A stretch of DNA of 64,000 nt from contig DCIG01000084.1 of NCBI GenBank assembly GCA_002315855.1, positions 43,390-107,389 on the forward strand, in the 5' to 3' direction. The notes beneath the pieces are model-generated. The model did not search any database. It was not told the origin of the DNA and saw nothing but the letters and a program-made list of their open reading frames with translations. Numbering within the stretch: the first letter of the stretch is position 1; the number at the start of each line of letters is the position of its first letter. A program made the translations under genes and the position numbers. This DNA comes from Lentisphaeria bacterium UBA1732 (GTDB taxonomy: Bacteria; Verrucomicrobiota; Lentisphaeria; Victivallales; UBA1829). This document shows positions 20,595-29,880 of this stretch, one piece after another.

Positions 20595-22258
20595 ATCGAT
20601 TTTTCAGCTATATTCTTGCTTGTCTCACGCTGATTTTCTTCGTACTTTTCCTCTTTATTCCGCTTTTTACGGTCGTGCGCGAGGGATGCGATCCTGCAAT
20701 ATTCCGTGAAGTCCTGCGCAGCCGTCTGTACATGCAGGGACTGCTCAATGCCGTGCTGATTTCTCTGGTTACAACAGCTCTGGTAACGCTGATTTCCGTT
20801 CCTTTGGCATCGCTGTATGACCGATGGAATTTCCCCGGCAAAAGCGCGTGTTCCGTCATGATGATGGCACCGATGATTCTGCCGCCTTTTGTGGGAGCTC
20901 TGGGATTCCGGCAGCTGCTCGGACATTATGGTGTGCTGAACAGCATTCTCACTTCCTGCGGACTTCCTCCGGTGGATTGGCTGGGCGGATCAGGCCGTTT
21001 CTTTTCGGTTTGCGTGATTGAGGCACTGCACCTGTACCCCATTATGTACATGAACCTCATTGCCGCATTTGCCAATATTGATCTGGCACAGCTCGAATCG
21101 GCCCGGAATTGCGGAGCAGGGGCGTGGATGCGCTTCCGTTCGGTGATTCTGCCACTGCTGAAACCGGGCTTGCTCGCGGGCGGCAGTCTTGTCCTGATCT
21201 GGAGCTTCACGGAGCTTGGTACGCCGCTGATGTTCGGCTTCAATACCGTTACTCCGGTTCAGATTTTCAATGGTGTCATGGAGCTTGGCACAAATCCCTC
21301 CGCCTATTCGCTCGTGATTATCATGCTTGCCGTGTCCTGTCTGCTGTATATGCTGGTCAAGCTCGTTCTTGGACACAGCAGTACCGCCGCCATGTCGAAA
21401 GGCGCACCGGGTGCGCAGGCTCAGACCTTGAACGGATGGCGCAAATATCTACCTCTGACCGTGTTTATTCTGTTCACCATGGTTTCGGTTTTGCCGCACG
21501 TCTGTCTGTTCCTTACGGCTTCTTCTTCCAGCTGGAACGGAACGATTTTGCCCGAAAAAATCACGCTTATGCATTATCGCAATGCGTTGTCGGACAAACT
21601 TGTCGTCCCCGGCATTCTGAACAGCATCCGTTATTCTCTGCTTGCGGTCGTGTTTTCGGTGGCAATCGGTGCGGTTACGGCGTTTCTGTGCAAACGTTCC
21701 CGTCTTCGCTTCAGCTGGTTTCTGGATTTGACCGCCATGTCGCCGCTGATGATTCCCGGCATCGTAATGGCGGTGGGGTTTGTCGGAATGACACTGCGCT
21801 ATCGCTGGGCACATGTTTTGTTTGATCCCGTTGCAGATCCGGTGATTCTCCTTGCCGTGGCTTATGCGGTGCGGCGTGTGCCGTATGTTCTGCGTTCTGT
21901 GGCGGGCGGATTGGACCAGACCCCAATCGTTTTGGAGGAGGCCTCCCGCAATGCCGGTGCCGGTGTTTTCCGCACTGTTTTGCGCATTACGGTTCCCCTC
22001 GTGATGGCGAATTTGATTGTCGGGGCTCTGTTTGCGTTCAGCTTCTCCATGCTGGAAGTATCCGATTCCCTGATTCTGGCACAGAAAACCGAGTTTTATC
22101 CGATTACAAAAGCCATTTACGAGTTGTCGTCGTATCTTGGTGCAGGACCATGTACTGCCGCGGCGTTTGGTGTCTGGGCAATGCTGTTTCTGGCATCGTC
22201 GCTTGCCGCCGCATCGGTTTTGCTGGGACGCAAGCTCGGCTCTTTGTTCAGCATGTAA
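20591..22258 (+). CDS. ABC transporter permease, duplicated (two-module) type
   Basis: 555 aa, about 12 TM helices. Two EAA-like loops (ESARNCGAG..., EASRNAGAG...). 4-bp overlap with the binding-protein gene. Confidence 0.88.
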   Translation: MNRFFSYILACLTLIFFVLFLFIPLFTVVREGCDPAIFREVLRSRLYMQGLLNAVLISLVTTALVTLISVPLASLYDRWNFPGKSACSVMMMAPMILPPFVGALGFRQLLGHYGVLNSILTSCGLPPVDWLGGSGRFFSVCVIEALHLYPIMYMNLIAAFANIDLAQLESARNCGAGAWMRFRSVILPLLKPGLLAGGSLVLIWSFTELGTPLMFGFNTVTPVQIFNGVMELGTNPSAYSLVIIMLAVSCLLYMLVKLVLGHSSTAAMSKGAPGAQAQTLNGWRKYLPLTVFILFTMVSVLPHVCLFLTASSSSWNGTILPEKITLMHYRNALSDKLVVPGILNSIRYSLLAVVFSVAIGAVTAFLCKRSRLRFSWFLDLTAMSPLMIPGIVMAVGFVGMTLRYRWAHVLFDPVADPVILLAVAYAVRRVPYVLRSVAGGLDQTPIVLEEASRNAGAGVFRTVLRITVPLVMANLIVGALFAFSFSMLEVSDSLILAQKTEFYPITKAIYELSSYLGAGPCTAAAFGVWAMLFLASSLAAASVLLGRKLGSLFSM

Positions 22259-22450
22259 ATGTTGATGAAAAAATCATCATTTTTGTACTCATCCTGTTGT
22301 TCCGGCAATCTTTTTTTCATTTTTTTAGAGACGATTCAGAAGAAATAAGTTGTTTTCTTTGAAATTTGGAGTATATTTTTTTAAAGGTTTCTTTATTCTT
22401 TAAAGAAGCCACGCATTTTCCCGCATCATTTTTCAAGGATTTTCTTTCAC

Positions 22451-24064
22451 ATGTCCACCAAACCGGTCATCCAAATTTATGACTCTACGCTCCGAGACGG
22501 CGCTCAGGGGGAACATGTGTCGTTTTCCAAATGCGACAAACTGGAAATCGCGGTGCTTCTGGACAAACTTGGAGTTGCCTACATTGAGGGCGGCTGGCCC
22601 GGCTCCAATCCCACCGATGATGAATTTTTTCAGGAAGCCTCCAAGCTGAAATTCCAGTATGCGAAATTATGCGCATTCGGCTGTACCCGCCGTAAAGATA
22701 TTCGGGTGGAAGACAGTCCGAATCTTCGTATGCTGCTGGAGTCCGGCGCACCTGTCTGCACGGTTGTCGGCAAAACTTCGCCATGGCATGTTGAACGTGT
22801 TTTGGAGACCACTCGTGCCGAAAATCTTGCGATGATTCGTGAATCCTGCCGTTTTCTCTCGGAGGCGGGACGCGAGGTCATTTTTGATGCGGAACACTTT
22901 TTTGATGCTTGGCGTCTCGACAGTGAATACGCTAAAGCTGTTCTTCTGGAAGCTGTTTCCGGCGGTGCATCCTGCGTTACTCTTTGCGACACCAATGGAG
23001 GAATGCTGCCGATTGATATTATGGAAATCACGAAGGAAGCCGCCCGGATAATTCCGTCGGATGTTGTTCTGGGGATCCATTGTCATAACGATTCCGGTGT
23101 GGCGGTTGCAAATTCCATTGTTGCGGTTCGGAGCGGCGCACAGCTTGTGCAAGGCACATTCAACGGCATTGGCGAACGCTGCGGCAATGCCAATCTCAGC
23201 ACGATTATTCCTGATTTTGAACTGAAGACCAATTTCTCATGTCTTCCGGTCGGTCATCTTTCCCTGCTGAAGCCAGCCAGCGATTTCATTTGTGAAAAAT
23301 GCAATATGCGCCCGGATTTGCACGCGCCTTTTGTCGGCTCCAGTGCATTTGCGCACAAAGCGGGGCTGCATGTGGATGCCATATCAAAAAATCCCATGAC
23401 GTTTGAGCACGTCAAACCGGAACTTGTCGGCAACCGCAGACGCGTTTTGATTTCCGATTTATCGGGGCGCGGCAGTCTTTCCATGAAAGCCGAGGAATTT
23501 GGTTTCGACCTCCGGGATGCGCGCATTGGCAATGCCGGTCTGGAAGAACTGAAACGCCGCGAAAATGCAGGGTATGAGTACGAGTCCGCCGAAGCATCGT
23601 TTATTGTGCTGATGCACCGCGTGATGAATATGTGGCCCACCTATTTTACTTTGGACGGGTTCCGTGTCATCATTGAGAAACGCTCGGCACAGGACAAGGT
23701 CGTTTCGGAAGCGACAGTCAAATTGACCGTCAATGGACAGTCTCAGCTGACCGCCGCCGAAGGCGATGGCCCGGTGAATGCCCTTGACCTGGCTCTCCGC
23801 AAATCTCTGGAAGTTTTCTATCCCGCTTTGCGCGACGTCTCCCTGATTGACTACAAAGTGCGGATTCTGGAATCCATAAACGGCACTGCCGCTCAGACAC
23901 GTGTCCGCATTCAGAGCCGCGACAGCACCGGTGTCTGGGATACCGTCGGAGTCAGTGAAAACATTATTGAAGCGTCCTGGATTGCCCTTGTGGACTCTGT
24001 GGAATACGCTTTGTTCAAAAAACATATCGAACCATCCATCCATGACGAAGGAAAGAAACAATGA
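22451..24064 (+). CDS. cimA: (R)-citramalate synthase (CimA / LeuA-family)
   Basis: N-terminus IYDSTLRDGAQGEHVSFS...IEGGWPGSNPTDDEFF. HCHND motif. C-terminal LeuA-dimerisation-type domain. About 537 aa. Confidence 0.85.
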   Translation: MSTKPVIQIYDSTLRDGAQGEHVSFSKCDKLEIAVLLDKLGVAYIEGGWPGSNPTDDEFFQEASKLKFQYAKLCAFGCTRRKDIRVEDSPNLRMLLESGAPVCTVVGKTSPWHVERVLETTRAENLAMIRESCRFLSEAGREVIFDAEHFFDAWRLDSEYAKAVLLEAVSGGASCVTLCDTNGGMLPIDIMEITKEAARIIPSDVVLGIHCHNDSGVAVANSIVAVRSGAQLVQGTFNGIGERCGNANLSTIIPDFELKTNFSCLPVGHLSLLKPASDFICEKCNMRPDLHAPFVGSSAFAHKAGLHVDAISKNPMTFEHVKPELVGNRRRVLISDLSGRGSLSMKAEEFGFDLRDARIGNAGLEELKRRENAGYEYESAEASFIVLMHRVMNMWPTYFTLDGFRVIIEKRSAQDKVVSEATVKLTVNGQSQLTAAEGDGPVNALDLALRKSLEVFYPALRDVSLIDYKVRILESINGTAAQTRVRIQSRDSTGVWDTVGVSENIIEASWIALVDSVEYALFKKHIEPSIHDEGKKQ

Positions 24065-24432
24065 GCCGCAGATTTATTCTGATCATGATGATCCTGTTAA
24101 GTACATCATTTTACTTTATGCCTCAGCCGAAAGCCAGAGCTATCGACCCGGTTACGCTTGCCATCCTGACCCCGATTGCCATTAAGGGCGCACAGATACT
24201 TGCCCCGTATGTCCTTCGCGGGCTTCAGAATATGGGAATTGTGTTTCTGCGTTCCCTGAAGCACTTGATTTCCGTTTTCAAAATCCCGCTGGGTGTCCTG
24301 GAAAGCACCGTTGGTGCCTTGTGGTTCTTTCGGAGCGGAGTCGTTCATATAGCGCAGGGCTTCTGGGGTATCTGCTGCTTCGCGGGGAATATCCTGATTT
24401 TGCCTGTCGCGGCGTTCGGCATCGGGGTATAG
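24061..24432 (+). CDS. Small hypothetical membrane protein
   Basis: 123-aa ORF overlapping the cimA stop by 4 bp. Three or four hydrophobic segments. Confidence 0.5.
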   Translation: MSRRFILIMMILLSTSFYFMPQPKARAIDPVTLAILTPIAIKGAQILAPYVLRGLQNMGIVFLRSLKHLISVFKIPLGVLESTVGALWFFRSGVVHIAQGFWGICCFAGNILILPVAAFGIGV

Positions 24433-24453
24433 CGGAGTTCCCCGCTGCCGAAC

Positions 24454-24900
24454 ATGAAAGAAGAAGATAATCTCCCGCCTGAGGGAAATTCCACAAATTT
24501 CACCCGCATGAAACTTGCGTCCATGATGAAAGAATGGTATGGCGAGGATGCCGGACGCGGTGAAATGCTGAAACATTTGCCGCAGTTTCAGTCCATCGGT
24601 GATGTGATGTCCCGTGTTACCGGGAAGACTTTACCGAAAAGCGTATGGTTCTTCTCACAGATTGCGGCTTCATGGAGTACCATTGCGGGAAGTGTGGCGG
24701 AAAAACATACCATCCCCGTTTCTCTCTTTGAGAAAACTCTTCTGGTGGAAATCGCTCATCCGGCTTATCTGATGGCATTGAATACGCCTCGCGTGAAAAA
24801 TGCCATTCTCGCACGGGTTGCCGATTTAATCGGCGAAGGTCATTGTACCTCTGTGCAGTTTGTCCCTTGCGGACGTAAAGCACGTACCCCTTCCACGTGA
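24454..24900 (+). CDS. DUF721 / DciA-like protein
   Basis: The segment WSTIAGSVAEKHTIPVSLFEKTLLVEIAHPAYLMALNTPRVKNAILARV matches the DUF721 pattern from memory. Confidence 0.7.
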   Translation: MKEEDNLPPEGNSTNFTRMKLASMMKEWYGEDAGRGEMLKHLPQFQSIGDVMSRVTGKTLPKSVWFFSQIAASWSTIAGSVAEKHTIPVSLFEKTLLVEIAHPAYLMALNTPRVKNAILARVADLIGEGHCTSVQFVPCGRKARTPST

Positions 24901-25041
24901 TTCCGCATGTCCGGGGAGATGGTTCTCATATTTCCCCGTTTTTTTTATAGAAATGCTGATTTCAAAAGTCATTCATGATGAAATATCAAGTCTTTCGGCG
25001 GTTCTTTTGATTTCAGCTCAAAAAAAGGAGTAAACCCTGCA

Positions 25042-25752
25042 ATGCAGTTTTTTGATGTCCTTGATTCAACCAATACTTACGCCAAACAGCATTTTGCTGA
25101 ATTGTCCGATGGCGAATTGATTGCCGCCGGCGAGCAGACCGCCGGACACGGACGTCTTGGGCGTGTTTGGAAATCTCCCCGCGGCAACATCTTTGCCAGT
25201 TTCGTGATCAAAAATCTTTCCAATCCTTTTCTTGGCGTTGTGGCTTCTTCTCTGGCTGCCTTGGATTTGATTCGCCATTTATGTCCGGATCATGATTTCT
25301 ATATCAAGTGGCCGAATGACATCTTCCATGGGCGCTCGAAAATTTCCGGCATCCTTTCCGAATTTGTCCGCACTACTGCTGAGTCCGGGCTGGTGGTCGG
25401 CATCGGCATTAATATCTCTCTGACGGAAGAAGACCTGGCGAAAATCGGACAGCCTGCCGTTTCCATGTTCTCTCTGACCGGATGTACCTGCGACTTGATG
25501 GATACGCTCCTGATGTTTGAACACCGTTTGCGCCAGAATGTCGTTTTGCTCCGCACGGAGCCTGCCGCCGTCTTTCATCGCTGGAAAATCGAGAATGCTC
25601 TGATTGGGCGCGAGGTCGTTTTCGATGTTGCTGACGGCACTGTTTTGGAGGGTACATTCCACGATATTGCGGATGACGGCTCTGCTGTTTTGCATCTTGC
25701 GGACGGCACAGTGAAGAACCTTTCCTGCGGCGATGTCCGCCTCCGCATGTAG
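25042..25752 (+). CDS. birA: Biotin--[acetyl-CoA-carboxylase] ligase (group I, no N-terminal HTH)
   Basis: GHGRLGRVWKSPRGN biotin-binding loop. KWPNDI motif. 236 aa. Confidence 0.88.
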   Translation: MQFFDVLDSTNTYAKQHFAELSDGELIAAGEQTAGHGRLGRVWKSPRGNIFASFVIKNLSNPFLGVVASSLAALDLIRHLCPDHDFYIKWPNDIFHGRSKISGILSEFVRTTAESGLVVGIGINISLTEEDLAKIGQPAVSMFSLTGCTCDLMDTLLMFEHRLRQNVVLLRTEPAAVFHRWKIENALIGREVVFDVADGTVLEGTFHDIADDGSAVLHLADGTVKNLSCGDVRLRM

Positions 25753-25834
25753 TCGACGCTTCCTTCGCACTATTTTCCCCGATTTCCTCAAGATTCCCAA
25801 GTCTCCAAATCCTGTTTCCTGCAGCCTTAATCAG

Positions 25835-26609
25835 TTAAAGTCCGTAATAATCAATAAACCTCGTGCGGTACTGGTCAATCATCTCTTGACTGGAGGAGAA
25901 TCTCAGTGATTGGAAAATCGCTTTCCATTCAGGATTTTCTTCTGAAAATATCTGAATGAACTTCCTTAAATCTGCCCGAATCTGATCAGGAAGATTCGTT
26001 TCAGACTTCCCGATAAGCGTTCCCAGTAAACGAAATACATCGTTTCGATGTTTCCGTAAATCATCGTGTCGTATTGAAGCTGGATTGTTTTCACTTTGAG
26101 CTTCCAAATTCAGATAGGCACAGACCTTGAATGCGATTAATGCTTCTGTATTCAGACAGGGCAGTCCCTGTTGTGCGATGCAGTGAGCAAGAGCATAATT
26201 GTAGTATTCAGTGCTCAATATGATAGCGGACATACTGCGGATGTAATCATCTTCCGAAATAGGGGTGTATTTCAAGTCCGAAAACTCAGGGAAAAGACTG
26301 CGAGACAGCAATTCAATTTGAGGTGGATAACCATCGGTTTCAGGCTTCTCAAAACGATAAACGATAGAAATGCCGCTTATCATCCTTTGAAAGATAACAT
26401 TGATATTTCCCGTTTCGAATAAACTCATGAAATTTCTCGGCAAATTCCAAATTTACATTTTCAAGCAGCACCGGCATATCAATATCTTTTGTCGCTCGAA
26501 ATCCGCCTGTTTCGGACAGGGGCAATTCACAGGCTGTTCCTCCGATGAGGATAAAATGTTCTGTGTGTTTTTGAAAATGTCCCTGAAAAAGGTCAATCCC
26601 TCTTACCAT
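25835..26609 (-). pseudogene. AbiEii-like nucleotidyltransferase toxin, frameshifted by a 7-bp tandem duplication
   Basis: Two overlapping ORFs (26349-26609 and 25835-26443) in different frames. NTase motif GGTACEL...ATKDIDM. Deleting one AACGATA copy at 26353-26366 fuses them into about 255 aa. Confidence 0.65.
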
Positions 26610-27610
26610 TGAAAAGCCTCCATCATATTTCGTAGTTCGCTTGCGACACGTGGATCCGAATCATCCTTTAAGGAAAGATAAAGCGAAAGTTTATCCGCTG
26701 TTTTACCGTCTTCAGACAGTAAATTTGGATTATATTTCCACAATTCCAGATAATCTCCGCTGAACTCGCGTATTTCGTTTTGTCCAAATTTTTTGCCGCG
26801 TCCATAGATGGCGTAGGTCGGATTTTCATTATCATTCAGCATCGTGAGTTTTGACAAGGCGGAAATTCCGGCAAGAACACTGTTTTCCTGCGGTTTATCA
26901 ATACGAATCCGCTTTATGACGGGAGAAGTTAGTTTGTCCTGCATTTTTTCCCAGAGACTATGTCGATCGTATAGGAATACAAGTGATTTCATTTTGCGGA
27001 CAGTTGCCGTTTGTACGATTTCGGACTGTTCCAATTCCTTGACTGAACGTGAAATATATACTTTGTTAATGTTCATGTTTTTTTGCAGAGACTGAAAAGA
27101 CAATTCATTCCCGTGCTCTTTGTATAATAAATGCCGGAGCAGAATTACTTGTGCCAAAGGTGAAAGAAAATCTCTGTTTGGGGACACTTTTGTGTTGAAC
27201 TTGTCTTCTCGAATCGCAATCATTGTTTCAGAAAAATAAATTTGTACTTCAGGAATTACAAAAGGAATGTGTGCTTTGAGCAGGATTTGACAGAATTCTT
27301 TGGACTCCCTCGGAAATACAAACAGCAGATTGTCGGGAATCATCTTCTCCAGTATTTTTTTGTGTGCGATGATTTGTTCTGGCGTCAGTTGTTTTTGATG
27401 TTTGCTCATCACCAGAAGACAAGCTCTGCCGAATACTGTTGCACGGCAGAAGTCATAGCATGTACTGATGAACAGCGGCAGTTTTTTACGCAGAAGTTTT
27501 TCTGATGAAAATATTTCCGTTGTGTCTGATCCGGGCTCCTCCGCCTGATATATGACATCTCCTCCCAGCGAGGAAACGTAATTTCTCATTTTATTGAATA
27601 GGGGATTCAT
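26603..27610 (-). CDS. wHTH protein upstream of, and overlapping, the NTase gene (putative AbiEi-like antitoxin/regulator, atypical)
   Basis: 335 aa. Central MarR-like wHTH (LSPLAQVILLRHLLYKEHGNELSFQSLQKNMNINKVYISRSVKELEQSEIV). 7-nt overlap with the downstream NTase ORF. Confidence 0.55.
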   Translation of the reverse strand: MNPLFNKMRNYVSSLGGDVIYQAEEPGSDTTEIFSSEKLLRKKLPLFISTCYDFCRATVFGRACLLVMSKHQKQLTPEQIIAHKKILEKMIPDNLLFVFPRESKEFCQILLKAHIPFVIPEVQIYFSETMIAIREDKFNTKVSPNRDFLSPLAQVILLRHLLYKEHGNELSFQSLQKNMNINKVYISRSVKELEQSEIVQTATVRKMKSLVFLYDRHSLWEKMQDKLTSPVIKRIRIDKPQENSVLAGISALSKLTMLNDNENPTYAIYGRGKKFGQNEIREFSGDYLELWKYNPNLLSEDGKTADKLSLYLSLKDDSDPRVASELRNMMEAFQW

Positions 27611-27637
27611 GGTATTCCTTTTTTTTGATTGAAGATT

Positions 27638-27670
27638 TGTAACTATATATAAGTTACATTCAAAATGTAA
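27638..27670. promoter_or_regulatory. Overlapping palindromes (TGTAA/TTACA half-sites), candidate operator of the AbiE-like operon
   Basis: TGTAACT-ATATATA-AGTTACA (27638-27658) and TTACATT-CAA-AATGTAA (27654-27670), 28-60 bp upstream of the start at 27610. Confidence 0.45.
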
Positions 27671-27986
27671 TAATTCAAATTAAAACTGTAATTTTCTGAT
27701 ATAAAACTGATTTTCCGATAATGCTCAAGCTCAAAAACAATGCTTCCCGTCCCCCTCCGTCGCACCTTTCGCTTCCCGCATTGTGCTCCCGTTTCTGCGT
27801 CGTGTCTCTCTGTCCGCATCAGTCTTTCATTCCCTGGATATGTCGATTTTACCTCAAAAACTGCACTTTTGTTTGTTTTTTCACAAAAGACGTGTATTGT
27901 ATATCGCACCGTTTGAATTTGTGCTCCGATGAGCCGGATTTCAGACTCATTGGCTTCTTTTTCTGTCTTTTCCGGAGTTTTCCCTC

Positions 27987-28604
27987 ATGATTGCCCAGCT
28001 TACAGGTCGTGTTGTTACCGTTTCGTTTACCGAAGTCATTCTGGATGTGAATGGCATAGGTTTTCTGCTGTCCATTCCCGTCAGTACCTATGATATTCTG
28101 CCGCCCCTCGGCGGGAATGTTACCCTGCTGACCTACATGGCGGTGAGGGAAGATGCGATACAGCTCTATGGATTCGGCACGAAAAATGAGCTGGAAGTCT
28201 TCAAACTTCTGATCACGGTGAACGGCATTGGCGCGAAGACTGCACTTACGATTCTGAGCAGTATGAACATCCCGATGTTCTGCACTGCCGTGGTGAAAGC
28301 CGACATCAAGACTCTCAAGAAAATCAGCGGGGTCGGGCCTCGTTCCGCCGAACGTATCGTTGTTGAGCTTCGCGACAAGCTCGATAAGATGTTCCCTGAA
28401 CTCACGTTCGGCACCTCCGAATCTGCGAACAAGGCGCTTCCGTATGCTCGGGAACTGGAAGACGCTCTCCTCGCATTGGAACAGCTTGGCTTCGTTCGTG
28501 TCAAAATCCAGCAGGCGGTCTCCGATTTGGTCGCCACTCTGCCTGAAAATCAGCGTTCCAGCGAGAATATCATCCGTCAGGCTCTTCGCAGTTTGAGCAA
28601 GTAA
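27987..28604 (+). CDS. ruvA: Holliday junction branch-migration complex subunit RuvA
   Basis: MIAQLTGRVV...VNGIGF start. HhH motifs (VNGIGAKTAL, ISGVGPRSAERI). 205 aa. Confidence 0.92.
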   Translation: MIAQLTGRVVTVSFTEVILDVNGIGFLLSIPVSTYDILPPLGGNVTLLTYMAVREDAIQLYGFGTKNELEVFKLLITVNGIGAKTALTILSSMNIPMFCTAVVKADIKTLKKISGVGPRSAERIVVELRDKLDKMFPELTFGTSESANKALPYARELEDALLALEQLGFVRVKIQQAVSDLVATLPENQRSSENIIRQALRSLSK

Positions 28605-28669
28605 GCCTGATATTCAGCAAGGCATACAAATCTCCGCCGGGCTTTCACTGGTCTGCGCAGGCAACCTCA

Positions 28670-28847
28670 ATTTCCCCTCATTCATGCTGCCTGCTTAATC
28701 ACGGTCTTTCCCGTACTCTGAGAGATGTCATTTCACCTCGCTTAAGCACGGTCTTTCTCGTGCCCTGAACAGGTCATTTCCCCTCACTTGATCACGGCCT
28801 TTCTCGTGCCCTGAACAGGTCATTTCCCCTCACTTGATCACGGCCTG
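28670..28847. repeat. 46-bp non-coding tandem repeat, about 3.6 copies
   Basis: Copies at 28728-28773, 28774-28819 and 28820-28847 (truncated), preceded by a degenerate longer copy from about 28670. Ends in a T-run. Confidence 0.85.
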
Positions 28848-28980
28848 TTTTTTTCACCCGATAGTCGGTCTTATTTGGGTGCTTTTTTTTGCTTTTCGGT
28901 GCGATTCGGGATAAATTCTGCCGAATATTCGGGAGAAGACAAAAAAAATCGAAAATTTTTTAAAAAATCTGTTTTTTTAT

Positions 28981-29009
28981 TTGCAAATAGGGGAGAAAAG
29001 GGGTATATT
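28981..29009 (+). promoter_or_regulatory. Near-consensus sigma-70 promoter upstream of mraZ
   Basis: TTGCAA (28981-86), a 17-nt spacer, then TATATT (29004-09). Phased A/T tracts upstream. GGGG boxes at 28990, 29000 and 29021. Confidence 0.5.
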
Positions 29010-29391
29010 GTATGAGAAAAGGGGAGATTAGGTGAAAATCTCCCGCAAAAAACCATGAATGGACGTATCTGTCGAGAACGAGGATGAAGTAATTCGAGTG
29101 AATTGTGAAAAAGACGGAAATATGGAATTTTGAGCTGAACTGACCTCTGCGGCAACTGCTGAAAATTCATGATTCCCGGTTCTTTAACAAGACACAAAAG
29201 GCAATCTCCATTCATTCGGAACAAATTTTTTTATGAATGTGCGAAAAGACCGTTTTTGAACTTCGAGGATGGCTGATCGAAAGGTCGCCATCGGGAAGCA
29301 CGAAAGCCAAACTCCGCATCGAAAAAACGATGTTCCAAATGAATTGAGACAGCACGAAAAGCGAAATCTTCCTGCGGACAGACAAGTCTGA

Positions 29392-29868
29392 ATGTATCCT
29401 GCAATGCCTGACGAAGAAAACACCTGCAAGTTCACACTTTTTTCCGGTTCTGTTGAGAATAAGCTCGATTCTCAGCACCGCGTTGCTGTGCCCGCAGACT
29501 GGCGCAATGAAAATCCGGGTGGTGTTTTCGTTTTGATGCCGGGACGCGACAAGACCCTGCAGCTTTATACCCCATCCGTCTATCAGGAGAAATTCAAGAG
29601 TAAACTGCAGAGCATCAGTCCCGTGAATGCAAGCGAACAGAACAAGCTCCGTTTCCTGTACTCCAGTACTCATAAACTGCAATGCGACAAACAAGGGCGA
29701 ATCCAGATTCCGCAGAAACTGTGCGATTACGCTCACTTGAAGATGAATGAGACCGTGGCGTTTATCGGGTCGGGAGACTTCGGGCAGCTGATGGACGGCG
29801 AACGCTGGAAAGCCGAAGAAGCGGCCATGCTCAGCATGGGCGACGGCTTCCTGGATATTCTGGAATGA
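29392..29868 (+). CDS. mraZ: Transcriptional regulator MraZ
   Basis: Duplicated SpoVT/AbrB-like halves (KLDSQHRVAVPADWR; DKQGRIQIPQKL). Alternative start at 29404. Confidence 0.9.
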   Translation: MYPAMPDEENTCKFTLFSGSVENKLDSQHRVAVPADWRNENPGGVFVLMPGRDKTLQLYTPSVYQEKFKSKLQSISPVNASEQNKLRFLYSSTHKLQCDKQGRIQIPQKLCDYAHLKMNETVAFIGSGDFGQLMDGERWKAEEAAMLSMGDGFLDILE

Positions 29869-29880
29869 TGAGGTGAAAAG

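Noticed and set aside
28670-28847. Possible CRISPR array after ruvA
   Set aside because: The 46-bp units are directly adjacent, with no unique spacers. No cas genes lie nearby. It is a plain tandem repeat.
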